DNA from: Eledone cirrhosa
Lineage: Eukaryota
Direction: 5' to 3'
NCBI GenBank assembly: GCA_964016885.1
Contig: OZ024746.1
Coordinates: forward strand, 5,208,001-5,272,000
DNA length: 64,000 nt
The notes under the pieces are model-generated. The model worked only from the letters and a program-made list of their open reading frames with translations, made no database searches and was not told where the DNA came from. The position numbers and the translations under genes are program-made. Each line of letters begins with the position of its first letter. Position 1 is the stretch's first letter. This document shows positions 1 through 14,227 of this stretch, piece by piece.

Positions 1-127
1 ATCTCTTACATGCAGTGTTATGATGCACCTTTTAAACATTACAGCTCACCTTCCTAAGTAATGGTTTACCTTTGTAAGCAATGGTTCACCTTTCTAAACA
101 ATAGAACATCGGTATAAGCAATGACAC

Positions 128-480
128 GAGGATGCACCTTTCTGAAGAGAGAAGAACTCCAGATGAGTTCCTGATAGCAGGCTCGAAGGTGAACTTCTTA
201 CTATGAAGTCAGTGGATTATCTGCCAGAACACTTTAGTTGTTGATCTAAAGTCAGATTATAGCTTAACCCTTTACTGTTTCTGCTGTGACTTTTCACACC
301 TGCTTGTACCACACGTGCAACAAGGAGGACTTGTTTCCAAGCCAAGCTTTGTAAGGCTCCTTCTTTTCTTGGATAGCATCTTTAACCTCCTGATAGAACC
401 ATGAGGTCCTCCTGCTACCCAGTGCCACTCCAATCTGCTTTTGCTCACAACCTATAACAGCTGAATCAGAAACCGTTGAG
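128..480 (-). mobile_element. RTE-clade LINE ORF remnant (linker between endonuclease and RT), with stops and deletion
   Basis: Manual minus-strand translation gives GSRRTSWFYQEVKDAIQEKKEPYKAWLG...DFRSTTKVFWQIIH*LHSKK...IRNSSGVLLSSERCIL, matching the RTE/Rex3-Expander pattern RTPWW..EVK.A...KK..Y.AWL / D.....K.FWQT.RRL / G.LL.S. Confidence 0.8.
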
Positions 481-2562
481 CTGAACAGTTTGTTCAGGGA
501 TATATCTGAATTTGGATGTGATAGTATTTGCTTACCTGGTCCTGACCTCTTTATCAGCCACCGCCTCTCCCTTTATTCTTTGAACTCAACATAATTCACC
601 CTCGTGTGGAGCATAATCTCCGTTGAACAATACCGTGTGAGTGGAATATTGCAGACGGAAATTGCGCACGAACGCATACGGTGGTGATTGAACAATTTTG
701 AAATAGAGTTAGACGCTTTCATTGTATACTGTCTATAGAAAATAGTCACTATTACCAACGATAGAATACCATAGTAAATACTAACAGTTGAGTACAGTAG
801 TAAATACTAAATATTTAGAGCTGTATTTATATACAACCCTTGACGTTCTGAGTTTAAATTAGACCGTGTTTGATTGTAGCTTTCATCCGCTCACAGCTTT
901 CTCAAATAAACTTCAATAATTCCCTATTATTGCCTTTTGACAGAGTAAGAACATTTATAAAAATGTTAATACATAATGGGAATTAACCTTTAGATACATC
1001 CCTGAGGCAATACCATATAATTTGTTCACTATATATCTCATGGCTTTGAATAGGAAGTTTTTTACTTACACAGTTACTCATGTAGGTTTATCTATGTATA
1101 TGTATCTACAGTTCAGTTTATCATTTATTTTCACATAACATTCAAACTAGAATATATAAAGAATCACAGTATTACATGCTATAGACACACCAGAAACACA
1201 CACATCTATCAATTCACTACCGGGAGGCATACTTTTAGTCGTACAAACATGTTTGCTCGTATTCAGAAATTTCTTCTGAATATAGCATTAGATATATCTA
1301 ATTAAGAGAAATGTATCAAATGTGGTAGTTGCTCTCAAGAAAGGCGAATAATTCCTTTTCAATAAGGCATTGCCCAAAGCTATATCATTTCGAGGTTTCT
1401 TTTATTTCCACACACCCCTCCCAATTCTTTTAAAAATCAAACAATATTTATTCCGAATTTCGCTTCGAGAATGATTTGATTTTTCTCCTATTAATAATTC
1501 AGGTTTCTATTTTAAAGTTAGTTTCCAAGAGGCTATAACTCTTCTTAGAAGAAGAATTGATAGTTGTTTTCTCGTTGCTCTTGGAGAGATCTGATAATTA
1601 AATCTATTGATCTCTTTATCCATTATTCTGATGTCTCCAGGTAATGCATCATCTATTATGCAACACTATTGATTCTCATCGTCATCAATATCTACATGTA
1701 TCGTGATAGAAGTAATCAGCGAGCTTAAATTTAATATTCAGAGAAGAATTCCATATCTCATTAATTCGAATTTTCAATTGGAATTTGTTCAATTTACTGT
1801 CGTTTATGAAATGATTTCCATTGTGATGTGAAATGCAGTAAGGTATCAGATGAAGATTAAATTAATAAAAAAAAACGTCTTTAGTATTTCCGGATGTTTG
1901 AACTGATTGAACCAAACACAGAACTGGTAATTGGGGATCTTTCTCTATATTATTCCTGGTCATTGTTAACACATTTCTACAGCAGATAAATAAGTGAAAT
2001 GGCTCAATGAGTGAGATAATCAAGCGTTTTGTTGTTTATCTATAACCATTTCAACATAACCTTGCGATATTTCACCCAAAGTCACGGAAACAGCAAATAA
2101 AGAGTAGAGAGAAAATCAAGGAGAAATAGAAACGTCTAACTACTAGTGAAATTTTGTCATTCATGATGTGGCAGATACACTAGAATATATATAATAAAAT
2201 CAGTATTAAAACTAACACAAAAGACCAGTTCCCGGCATAAGTTGGTTTAGAGTAATAGCAACAGTCTAGGAAAAGGATTTTCGGATATCCGAAACGTATA
2301 CACACACACACACACACACACAAATACACACACACGCACATACATAATACACACACACGCGCGCGCGCACACATTTTAAACAGAATAGTTACTAATGTGA
2401 CGTGTCTCTTGAAATATCGGGCCGATCAAGTGAGCAACATCGACATACAATAAATCTATCACATATATTTATGCATGTATTTAAATATGTATGCACACAC
2501 ACAAGCCTACTAGCACTCACTCGCACAAACACACAAACACTCACATACGCATATATATATAT

Positions 2563-2851
<289 letters not shown>

Positions 2852-2914
2852 TATATAATCATATATATGAATAAGATAAGTCCAAGTCATAGTAGATTCA
2901 AATATCACAGAGAG

Positions 2915-2945
<31 letters not shown>

Positions 2946-3053
2946 TAGGTAGAGAAATGAGGTGCAACAGAAATGAAACATGGATTACAGGTAAAAATAT
3001 AGTCTAGATCGATGAGAAACAAAACGAGGATGTAGTTTATGGAACACCCAAAT

Positions 3054-3527
3054 GATTTAGAAGTCGACCCTAAGTAGCAGCAACAACATTAAGAAAGAGA
3101 TGAACGACACCACAACACTTTGATTTGAATATTTTGAAAGTAGGTTTATAAGTATGAATTTTTATAAGACTTTCGTAGTTGTCTCTGTGGCCTAGTGGTA
3201 GGTACTGGAGACGGTGGAGATCCCGGTCTTGGGTTCAATCCTGGTCAAGAGATGCATGTGATCCTTTTCCATTTTTATTTTATAACCAACAGAAAAAAAA
3301 ACTGAAAATGTTTACCGTGAACCCTACTCCCGACCAGGATCGAACTTCAGACCAGGATCGAACTTCAGACCAGGATCACCACCGTCAATGATTCCCCCGA
3401 AACAGCTACAAAAGTATAATGAAAATTAATAATTATAAACCTACTTTCAAAATCAAAGTTAAAAAGATGTGGTGTCGTTCATGGCTTTCCTACAACTATT
3501 AGTCCTATTTAGGGTCTACTTGTCAAT
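3054..3527. mobile_element. Fold-back/MITE-like element with ~190-bp imperfect inverted arms, each containing a tRNA-derived head
   Basis: Left arm aagtcgaccctaagtag..atgaacgacaccaca..attttgaaagtaggtttataa..gacggtggagatcccggtc pairs with right arm gaccaggatcaccaccgtc..ttataaacctactttcaaaat..tgtggtgtcgttcat..tttagggtctactt; A-box TGGCCTAGTGG and B-box GGTTCAATCC in the left arm. Confidence 0.7.
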
Positions 3528-3604
3528 CTTCTGGCTTTTGAGTAACAACCTTATTATTCCTATGTGTGTTTACCCGTTGAATTAATTTATATTAACAAAC
3601 AAAT

Positions 3605-3642
<38 letters not shown>

Positions 3643-4930
3643 CACTGTCAGAGCTAGTGAAAATATATATTTTCTGAAATATACAGTGACGGATTGGCCC
3701 GATCTGCACATTAGCAGACCCACTGATCAGCCAGATTTGCATACTATATTATAGTATCTCTAGGCAGATGACTATCCTGAGGTAAGCACTCAACATCTCG
3801 AAGCATCGTATATTATATCTGGTGGTCCAGGTGGAGTATATGGGTTTTTACAACAATTTATTTGGATATTTTCTGTTTCGTTCGAAATACTTCCACCGCC
3901 CCTGTTAACAACTACTCTTACTATATCTGAACTGTTTCACTTACACAACATCTCCAAACCTATTAACTGCACGCAACGCTGCCTGTAAATTGCTACATAT
4001 AGGTATGCTAATAACTCTACCAAGTAATTTAAAGAAAATAAACACTACCGGATCAACCATCGCTCGGCAGTTTCTATACCTGCCGGCACCTTTCCCTTTT
4101 GGGTTTTGCCTAACATAATGCCTTACATAATGGCTTGCACCTCTCTCGAATTCCACGAGAAGAGTAACTCATCGTTCACCTTTGAATAATTTAAACTCAT
4201 GGCATAAATCATTGACAAGATTTTCTGTAGCTGCAGACATTCAAACAAATATACACATCCTAAACACACTCATGTACACTCAAGATAATACAGCATGGAA
4301 ACATGTATTACACATTCATACCTGAAGAAACACACACCACATGCACATATACACACTAAACTCTCAGCCCACACCACACACACAGACACTCACACACACA
4401 CACACACGCACACACACACACACACACATACACACATACACCCACTGACACACACAGAGGCCCACGAACACATACAACTACATATAGAGACTGACAATTG
4501 CTTGTCTCTTAATTCGGTTCACTATCATTGTCTTAGCCGTAAAACCCCCTTAGTTCCCTTCACCCTTAAGGCTCACCTCCATTAAATAACAAAGACATTT
4601 CTATATTTTCTTATTGTTTCTTGTATTCTCCAAGTGAGAACAAATACTCGGAAACGTAAGACACTGCAGGACATTGTTCCTTCATTCCAGTGTAAAACTA
4701 ATATACCAAGATTTAGATACTTCGTTAAACACACACACACACATACACACACATACACACACGCACACACACGCATACACACACTCATACAAAAGTATCA
4801 CATCACAGGAAACATATACACACTCTTACTCATACACACGCATATAAATATGCACACACAAATGATACAGCAACGCACTCCTATATATATATATATATAT
4901 AATTATTTATCTCGCTCTCTCTCTACATAC

Positions 4931-4982
<52 letters not shown>

Positions 4983-5073
4983 TTTCTCTCTCTCTCTCTA
5001 CATACATATATATAAATATATATATATATATAATTATTTATCTCGCTCTCTCTCTCCACACACACACACACAC

Positions 5074-5202
<129 letters not shown>

Positions 5203-5659
5203 CAAACATATATATATATTATATGTGTTTATATATATTTTATCATATATGTTTCCTTCCTTCTTATATTCAATTCTTTCTATACAGGTAGTTTCCTATT
5301 TATCAATACATCCGATATTTCTATGCTCTTTCATTAATTGTGACCGTATCATTCTATATGCCGTGCTTTTGATGCCGCTATAGCTCTTGGGTTATTCTCC
5401 TCGCTTATCCATTAGTGTTTTCAGAGAAATTGGTGTAAGTGAATAGTGTAAGAAAAGATATTTTTATCATAAGATCAACGATAAGCTTCTTAACAACGAC
5501 AAATGGAATATTCCCGGTAAACTAATTTTGGTAAACATGCATTTGCTGTAGACAGTACATACTGAAGATATACATATATAAATATAAATATATAAACACG
5601 CACATATATATACTCGTACATATAGGCGTGTGTATGACTTTATATATATATGAGTTTAC

Positions 5660-5698
<39 letters not shown>

Positions 5699-5739
5699 GT
5701 ACATGTACATACAAATTCATATGTACACACTCATACATA

Positions 5740-5815
<76 letters not shown>

Positions 5816-5825
5816 AATATATATG

Positions 5826-5863
<38 letters not shown>

Positions 5864-5879
5864 TATGTATATCTATCTA

Positions 5880-5924
<45 letters not shown>

Positions 5925-5926
<2 letters not shown>

Positions 5927-6345
5927 GGAAAAAAATGAAACGAAATTTCATTTCTCACTCTTACATACTTATATTTATATACCCTTACATACGTATGCAT
6001 ACTTATATTTAAGAAACTGCCGTATTAAGAGTGAGAAATGAAATTTCGTTTCATTTTTTCCGTTTATCGTTTTCGGCGCGCCCGGCCGATTAATTCACTC
6101 GATATGCAAATTAGGCTGCTCAGCCGTTAATATGCATAAGGAAAGTATATACTTTCAGACATTCAATCATCTGGCAGGAAGGTAAACGTTGCTGATGATA
6201 GCTAATAAGCTTGAAACTAGTACATCGTTCCTTTGTCAGTGTTGAACAAATGAGCAACGATGGTTGCTAGACACTGTACGGCTTAATTCGGGATGTTTGT
6301 TTACAAACACACCGAGCATTATAATAAATGTTCGGTGAATCCATA
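5925..6345 (+). mobile_element. PLE-like terminal repeat with 5' inverted segment and hammerhead
   Basis: ~38-bp inverted repeat 5925-5963 / 6025-6063, GC-rich stretch with octamer ATGCAAAT (6104-6111), hammerhead at 6185-6229; TA-rich repeats on both sides. Confidence 0.6.
6185..6229 (+). ncRNA. Type-I hammerhead ribozyme, apparently intact
   Basis: aacgttg-CTGATGA-t AGCT aata AGCT t-GAAA-ctag-TA-catcgtt; stem I 6/7 bp and extendable (ctggcagg/ctttgtcag, ttcaa/ttgaa); palindromic minimal stem III ACTAGT; GUA triplet. Confidence 0.8.
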
Positions 6346-6429
6346 CGTACATATATATATGTGTGCATGTATGTATATATATATATACTACTGTACGTCT
6401 GTATACATATATGTATGTACGTATACATA

Positions 6430-6480
<51 letters not shown>

Positions 6481-6481
<1 letters not shown>

Positions 6482-6535
6482 TTCAGAAGATCCCGTTAAG
6501 GGTGAAAGCAGCTTAAACTTTAATCTGTTATTTTA
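6481..6535 (+). mobile_element. PLE terminus family E fragment with variant hammerhead core
   Basis: tttCAGAAGAtcccgttaagggtGAAAgcagcttaaacttt between (TA)n runs; same family at 43944-44068 and 47137-47826. Confidence 0.65.
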
Positions 6536-6548
6536 ATATATATATATA

Positions 6549-6605
6549 GCAAGGGCGGTGCTCCAGCATGGCCTCATCCGGATGGCTGAAACAGGTAAAA
6601 GAGTA
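6549..6605 (+). mobile_element. 3' end of a SINE/LINE with (AAAGAGTA)n tail
   Basis: ggcggtgctccagcatggcctca...aacaggtaaaagagta; second copy at 34561-34633 with three tail units. Confidence 0.6.
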
Positions 6606-6612
6606 TATATAT

Positions 6613-6691
<79 letters not shown>

Positions 6692-6980
6692 CACACACGA
6701 TTATGCATATCAATATTTACAACTTCGAAAGATGTAATTTCATGTAAAGATTACCTGCTTGAGAAAGTGCGTTAAGCTCCAGATTTAAAAGTCTTGTGTA
6801 AGAGGTTTTACTAGATATCGTTTTTACTATTTACAGATCTAACATTAAAAGTATTAGATTTAGTGCAGCGTGTCCACAATAGCTATAGTGTTAAATGGAG
6901 TTGCTTGTTTGGTAGTGGGACTTTACTAAATTTAGTCGTCTGAGTATCACATCGTATACATGAATATAAACTTATTTAAA

Positions 6981-7203
6981 TTATTTATTTATGTTCATAC
7001 ACGGAACAAAAGTGGTACCCAAAGTTTCAAGGCCCAAATTTGACCATAGATCCAGAATACAAGAAGTATGAAATTAGTGACCTTTCTTTAGGCGCTTGTA
7101 CGAGTTTTCAAATTTGGACCGTGAAACCGTGTATGAACATAGATAAATGATATATTGAGTACCTTACTTACTATGGTTACCCCCGATTGAACCCGGGATA
7201 AAC
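6981..7203. mobile_element. PLE-derived fold-back element joined to a family-A 3' end
   Basis: Inverted arms tttatgttcatacacgg/ccgtgtatgaacataga and gtttcaaggcccaaatttga/tcaaatttggaccgtgaaac; followed by ttgagtaccttac..ggttacccccgattgaacccgggataaac then (TA)n. Confidence 0.65.
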
Positions 7204-8487
7204 ATATATATGTATATATATGCACTTATATACTTTTACATGAGTTGGAAAACTGTCCCACTGATGAACTGATAGATGTTTAGCAGGGCACTTGGAGCTC
7301 ATTACTATGAACCATGTTGTAATTGTTGATATGATGTTTGACTGACGTTTTACAAGGTTTTGTCTTTAGAAGAACATATACTACACACATACAAATAAAC
7401 ATGGACACACACACGCGCATACACACACACACATACACACATACATATCATATATATATATATATATCACGCTTCTTTCTCACCACCTGTCTCTCTAAAT
7501 GACCATATACTGACCAATACTTGATGTGTGTATAATGCAATATATATTTTGCTGGATGTATAAGTACTGGCAATGATAATGGTAATGGAGTAGAATCATA
7601 ATTAATAGAGCTTTGCTTCCAAAGCAAACTATATCTATTCATATAATAAGGGATGAAAAAACACGCAAAGCCACTTATCAATATCTATAATTTCTACTGT
7701 TATTTATTGGAAATCAATAATTCCAGATTAAAACTGTTTTGATCTCCGCCCCGTTCTCTTACTGAAGGGAAAATTGGTAAATATAGACATATACACATAT
7801 ATAAACTAGGTCCTTTAATCGAGATTTTAACCGGAAATGGACTTTGAAATAAATGTTTTCCACTTTTTCTAATGCTGGATATAATTGGTTGTTAAGGTCG
7901 AGCAGAGATAATAGTTGCTTTGTCTGACAAACTTGCCGTTGTCTGGTAATTATATAGGACAGTAGAGTAGTTAAGTCAGTGCTTTCTTATATACAGACAG
8001 CCCCCTACATACACACAACACTCTCCTCCACTCAGTTACATATACACACATACACATATGTAGTATGTATGAAATGAAAGTCTAAGTAAAAGATATGCGC
8101 ACGTCTGGGAAAAATAAATGTCTTTAAGATTAGGAAAGTTTTTCTATAGAATTGTACTATTACATTGCAGATTGATAACCTTATTGATGTGGAGATCACC
8201 AAATTATAATATTAACAGACTGAAGCCAGTAAGCTATATAATAAAGGAACGGAAGTGTGAAGAGATGGACTAAGCAGTAATAGCATCGTCAGTCTGTGAT
8301 TGATGATGTTAGTGAAGGAAGGTATTCAGAAATCTAGCGTATTGTAAAAATGTCAAACTTGGTGATGTCAGAGAGGAAATGAAGTGAGGACTCCATCAAT
8401 CTATGATAGTTAGCAAAGTATGTACCCTCGGGGCACATATAGAAGGGGGTAGGAATATATAAATATGTTAGCGACCGAACACGGTCT

Positions 8488-8525
<38 letters not shown>

Positions 8526-9005
8526 AAAGTTCAATTTAAAATTGTTGGGATACAAGTGAATATACAACAAGTGAATATATATATATATGTATATATATCT
8601 AAGCTCTGCGTCACTCGCAAAGTTGGTTACAGAGCAAAATACCTGTTGATAACGTGATGTTCCTTGTTCGATATTTATGCTGAAAGCTTATAGTTTTAAG
8701 CAGACAGTATTATTGATTTATGTGTCATAGAAACCCTGCATTTGAATCTTACCACCAATTCCATTTGGGTCCAGGTTTTTATCATTTATTTTGTTTGACC
8801 TGTTTAGCTTGATTTGTTTTTTTTGGCTTAGGTCGTTAATGCCTTCTTAACCACTTTTTCAGTTTGTATGGCGTTTTAACATATTGTTTAGCTCTAGTTT
8901 TTTTAACTATTGAGCACTTGCCAGCATTTCTACGATTTTGCGTTTCGTTTCGCTTTTTCTACCGGCCGAAATACGATTCTCGCTGAATTATATATATATA
9001 TATAT

Positions 9006-9131
9006 AACGAAGGAGTGTGGTAAGGAACAAGATAGACCATAACACACCAGAGTACTCAATACTTAGGGTAGTAGAGTAGAAATAGCCGTCGAAACGGCTT
9101 GAGCTCTGCCGTCGGGGTCTTACTTTTTCCT
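9006..9131. mobile_element. PLE-derived element family C (3' end inverted against hammerhead 3' half)
   Basis: Homologous to 34162-34359 and 44527-44722; GAAA-cggc ttgagctct gccg-TC-ggggtc; (TA)n on both sides. Confidence 0.75.
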
Positions 9132-9185
9132 ATATATATATATATTAAAATTTGTATGAGTATGTAGGCGTTCTTTGATTTCTTT

Positions 9186-9244
<59 letters not shown>

Positions 9245-9248
<4 letters not shown>

Positions 9249-9419
9249 GAAAATGGAACGGGAACAAAACAGAGAGGCAGTACGAACAAAGGTTTATTAT
9301 TTTCACGCTCTTGAGAGTGTGTGTGTAGGGGGGGGGGACGTTTCGGGCATAAGCCCTTCTTCAGGCGAAAAGTGTGTGGGAAGAGAGTTCCGAGGGTGTG
9401 TAGGGGAGTGGGGGAGAGA
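9245..9419 (-). mobile_element. Penelope-like 3' end with classic hammerhead
   Basis: Minus strand: CTGAAGAAGGGCTTATGCCCGAAACGTC followed by aataaa and a pyrimidine-rich tail; (TA)n on both sides. Confidence 0.75.
9337..9364 (-). ncRNA. Minimal hammerhead ribozyme core
   Basis: CTGAAGA-a GGGC ttat GCCC-GAAA-cG-TC; palindromic stem III ACGT; stem I partner poorly preserved. Confidence 0.7.
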
Positions 9420-9442
9420 CATATATATATATATATATATAT

Positions 9443-9634
9443 AAGTTTATCCCGTGTTCAATCGGGGGCAACCACAGTAAGTAAGGTACTCAATACAAAG
9501 CAGAGTATAAATATTTAATGTAGAAAGGCTGCTACAGGACTAGAACTGTTTCAGTCGGGAAAAATGGTGATTTCCTGATGATTTCTCCCGAATGAAACAG
9601 TTCTAGTCCTGTAGAAGCCTTTCTATATTAAATA
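9443..9634. mobile_element. PLE-derived fold-back element family A with hammerhead (core 9575-9619, +)
   Basis: Inverted arms ~9511-9560 / 9585-9634; CTGATGA tttc tccc gaat GAAA cag ttctagtc ctg TA gaagcc; (TA)n on both sides. Confidence 0.8.
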
Positions 9635-9836
9635 AATAAATATATATATATGTATACATATATATATATATTTATTTACACACACACCCACGCGCGCGCG
9701 CACACACACACACACACACACATATACTGTATATATTCCTAACGATCGACTTTCGTCAAATCGGACCGAGGAAACAGTGTTTCCATTGGTCTTTCCAATT
9801 GCTAATACTATCTATCGGTCGCAACTCCAGGTAGAA

Positions 9837-9953
9837 GGAGCAACGTCAAATAAAGTGTCTTGCTCAAGGACATAACGCATCGCCCGGTCCAGGAATCGAA
9901 CTCACAACCTCACGATTACGAATCCAGTTCTCTAACCACTCAGCCACACGCCT
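9837..9953 (-). mobile_element. tRNA-derived CORE-type SINE, 5' part
   Basis: A-box TGGCTGAGTGG, B-box AGTTCGATTCC, then CORE-like tgtccttgagcaagacacttt; homologous to 57160-57295. Confidence 0.8.
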
Positions 9954-9963
9954 TATATACTTA

Positions 9964-10155
9964 AAACCCTCTTCGGTCACTACTAATGACCATGAGAATT
10001 TGCACATAGGTGGCACAAGTCCAGGCAAGGTTCTTTATGGAAAACCAGCAGTCACCCATGCATACCAGTTTCACCTCGCCACGCCACTGATGTTCTCCAA
10101 AGGAAAGGCAGAGGTTGATACAGCTTGGCACCAGTGACGTCACAACTCATTTCTA
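9964..10155 (-). mobile_element. SINE 3' body/tail fragment
   Basis: Begins tagaaatgag (end of the CORE-like domain as at 57285) then a GC-richer tail; family assignment by recollection. Confidence 0.5.
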
Positions 10156-10274
10156 ATGAAACAGTTCTAGTCCTGTAGAAGCCATTTCTATATTAAATAT
10201 TTATACTCTGCTATGTATTGAGTACCTTACTTACTGTCGAACAGCCGGAGTTCAGCCATCGCGGTCCTGAATCT

Positions 10275-10278
<4 letters not shown>
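10155..10278 (+). mobile_element. Chimeric PLE terminus: family A 3' part fused to family C hammerhead 3' half
   Basis: aatgaaacagttctagtcctgtagaagcc...gagtaccttacttactgt then cgaacagccggagttcagccatcgcggtcctgaatcttttc. Confidence 0.65.
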
Positions 10279-10337
<59 letters not shown>

Positions 10338-10401
10338 CACACACAGACAGACACACACACACACACACACGCACACACACACACAGACAGACACACAGAC
10401 A

Positions 10402-10473
<72 letters not shown>

Positions 10474-10555
10474 TATATATATATGAATATATAATATATT
10501 TGGGGAGGGTTATATTGTTATAATATTGCCAGAAATATATAATAAAGTACACTCA

Positions 10556-10621
<66 letters not shown>

Positions 10622-10681
10622 TCATGCCAAGGCATGCATAAACACGAACATATATATATGTACAAATAAACAAACAAACAT

Positions 10682-10756
<75 letters not shown>

Positions 10757-12019
10757 AGCGCATAACTTTGTGTATGCAAGTATGTGTATCTATTGGTGCG
10801 CACATGTAATGGAAATCTGAAGTTTAATTTGAACAGCCAATGAAAGGATTAAAAGCTTGCATGTCATAGCCTGCAATCTATCGCCATCGATAAGTGAATT
10901 AATTGAACAGCTTCTTTGAAGCTCTCTTCGATAAAATAACGAGGGTCTGGTAGCCCCAGGAAAATCTCTCTGTTATCAAATTTTATTCAATTAGCTAATT
11001 ACAGATAGTCATATTAAAATCTTAATGAGGAAGCAATTTAATTGGAATATGAATGAAGAACTTGTTAAGTGATTTCTTCAAAAATAGCCCCGAGCTGCGA
11101 TTGTTTCGATATTTTTATGTGTAGTGCTGTTGTGTAAACACAAAGTTTGGAGAAAACACCCGGAAAACAAGTTTTGAATTTTACCGATGAACGCGTTCAC
11201 GCTTAATTACCGTAATAAGATTAGATTAGTTTCCGAAATACAAGTTTATTCAGTTGTAAGACTTTTAGAAAGACAAATCATTAAATACACAGCAGTTGTT
11301 CACAAAAACACTGCAGATTAGAGAGGTCTTTCGTGTAGAATTCATTCGCGAAATATAACTATGATGGATATTATGCCTTTGTAGTTGCTGTATTTAGTGT
11401 GTCAGCAAGTTAATTTGAAGGCTAGTAATCTGAATTGTTAGTAATTGAAGGCTAGGAAAAGACATGGTAATGTAATAAGGAGACGTAACTCTATAACGCA
11501 AAGCAAGGTGTCTGACGTCTTATCGATGTTTTACCGACGCTTTACCGATACTGCCAATCCACCACCCTTCTGTGAGGAAATAGTGATAACAAATTTGTGC
11601 TATGTTGCTATGACGGTGAAATTTAAACTGGGGCATTAGATATAAAACAAGTTGTATTCATTTTTTCTCGTTGATATATTTTATCATAGATTAACGTTTA
11701 AAGCAAGAAGGGAGGAAGGATGGAGCGACCTACCCATTGCCCTGAATTAAATAGGCCGATTTACTTTGTACTAAACATCTAATTACGAACAGTCAACATT
11801 ATCTACAATGAAAATATATTTGACTAACAGGAGAAATATTTACTTTATAATTTTTTTCCCAACTTTTACAAGAGATGTAGAAGATCGTATGAAGCTTTGT
11901 TGGTTGCTGTCAATTATTTGCTAGTTTGTAAATGGAAGATGGATGCCACTGTATTGGTGAAACAACGAAAACATCTCATTAGAGATGACAGTCAGTCTCT
12001 ACTCGTCTGTAAAAAATAA

Positions 12020-12162
<143 letters not shown>

Positions 12163-13119
12163 CAATTATTTAGTCAATTGGAAAATCTATACGCCACTGA
12201 ATTGTAATTTATCATACTTAACAAACAGAAAAAATAAGAATATATTCTATGTTCATTTTAAGTGAAAATAGTTTGTTAAGACTAGGTTGGTCTTTGTTAA
12301 TTTTTTATGACGATATATATATATTGATTTCTAATATTTCTGAGATTTTGTAAAGCCAAATATAAAGCAATCTATTTAATAGTATAACAATATTTTATAC
12401 AGTCAAAGATAAATAAAACCATACATTTGAAAATCATTCTGAGAGGAATGTTATATTTTGTCACCTGTCATATACAAACACTTTCAATGTCAATTCTTAC
12501 TTACTAGTTTCCTATATAATAAAATAGCAACTTTTCATCAGTAAAAGAAAGCTGATTCTTTTTCTGAGTGTTCCTGATTTGCTTGGTAAGTAGTTTGTTT
12601 GAAGATCTCGACACAATTTGCTAGATATGTGCATTTAGTACATTTTATCTGTTGTATTAGAATGTGACGTTAAAAAGGACACAAATGTTATGGAATTTAC
12701 ATAAAATAATGCAGAAGAAGGTGTTAGTTGTTTAGTAAAGAATGAAATAGTAATGGCAAAAGAAGATTTTTCTAGTTTTACAGTAAAAAAAATGCAAGTA
12801 TATAAAATGATGATTATGGAGTTATGTCTTTTTGATCTAAATTGACTTCATTTACGAAACGGAAAATTACTAAACAGTGTTGTCTTCTAACACATAGTTA
12901 TTTATTATGATGGTAGCTTATGGGATGTTGACTGTCTTTATCATTAGTTCTGTTAGCTACCATTTTAACTCTATAACTACCACTGTACATCAAATAAACA
13001 GCATTACTTTGATAAACTGGTATAAATCAAACCCCCCCCCCCACTCATGAATCCATGCTAGATCTCTCCTTTATTTGAACTCCTGAAAAAAAAAAAAATA
13101 TATATATATTTTCATGCAA

Positions 13120-13201
<82 letters not shown>

Positions 13202-13202
<1 letters not shown>

Positions 13203-13435
13203 TATTTGTAGAACACTGGAGGGTTATATCCGTAGTAGTTGAGCACTCAGTCCATGGGACGAGTTTGGTAGAAGTAGTTCCACAGCAGTTTTTTTTAAAC
13301 CGAGCTGATGATCCGACAAAGGTGAAACAATTGTTCTCGGAAATGGTGAACTAACTGTTGTGGAACTACTTATACCAAACTCGTCCCATGGACTGAGTGC
13401 TCAACTACTACGGATATAATCCTCCAGTGTTATAC

Positions 13436-13439
<4 letters not shown>
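13202..13439. mobile_element. PLE-derived fold-back element family B
   Basis: ~88-bp inverted arms 13202-13290 / 13353-13439; flanking (TA)n(GA)n and (TC)n(TA)n are themselves mirror images. Confidence 0.8.
13300..13340 (+). ncRNA. Type-I hammerhead ribozyme with complete stem I
   Basis: CCGAG-CTGATGA-t CC gacaaa GG t-GAAA-caattg-TT-CTCGG; 5-bp perfect stem I; palindromic stem III ACAATTGT; triplet GUU here versus GUC in the 2617 copy. Confidence 0.8.
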
Positions 13440-13518
<79 letters not shown>

Positions 13519-14157
13519 ACGATACATTTTCAGAGCCATAGACTCTCGTTATTCCCTGTAAATTATGTGCTCAAAGGAAAAGGAATCACGAGCTCTGACA
13601 ACCCCCTGCAAAGTTTTCCGTTACCCAAATCTACTTAGTAGGTATTTTTATAATTGAGGCGACCAAAGAATAAATACACTTGCCTAAGGTGCCCCTGTGA
13701 CGTGTAATGAATTTAGACCTGGAAGCATACGGTTGCAATACAAACGTCTTAACCGCACAATCGTGCCCTCTATTAGTAGAATAGATTTGTAAGAAAAACA
13801 ACAACATAAACACTAAGATTATTTCCCGCTCGTAGGATGGTTAAAGATTGCTTCTAATCAAGCTATTTCCTGCTTTGGTGAACTACCACTCGGAAAGGAA
13901 ATGAGGTATTTGCCACATTGTTTTTTGAAAATAATACATACATACTTACATTATATATGAATATATGTATGTATATTACATATGAACACACACACACACA
14001 CACACACAGATATATATATAATATATATAATAAATAAATATGTATATATATATGCGTGTGTGTGTGTTTATATAACAAGCATACATACATGCATGCCCAC
14101 ACACACGCACACACATACATGCATTTATATAAAGAGAATAGGAGGGAGAGACAGAGA

Positions 14158-14227
<70 letters not shown>

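Noticed and set aside
3180-3250. tRNA gene
   Set aside because: A and B boxes present but no convincing acceptor or anticodon stems; treated as a tRNA-derived repeat head
3770-3815. Hammerhead-like cctgaggta..cgaagcatcgta downstream of CCAAT/octamer motifs
   Set aside because: Both core segments deviate and stems do not pair; at most a decayed relic
7261-7310. CTGATGA motif
   Set aside because: No GAAA or stem III at a suitable distance
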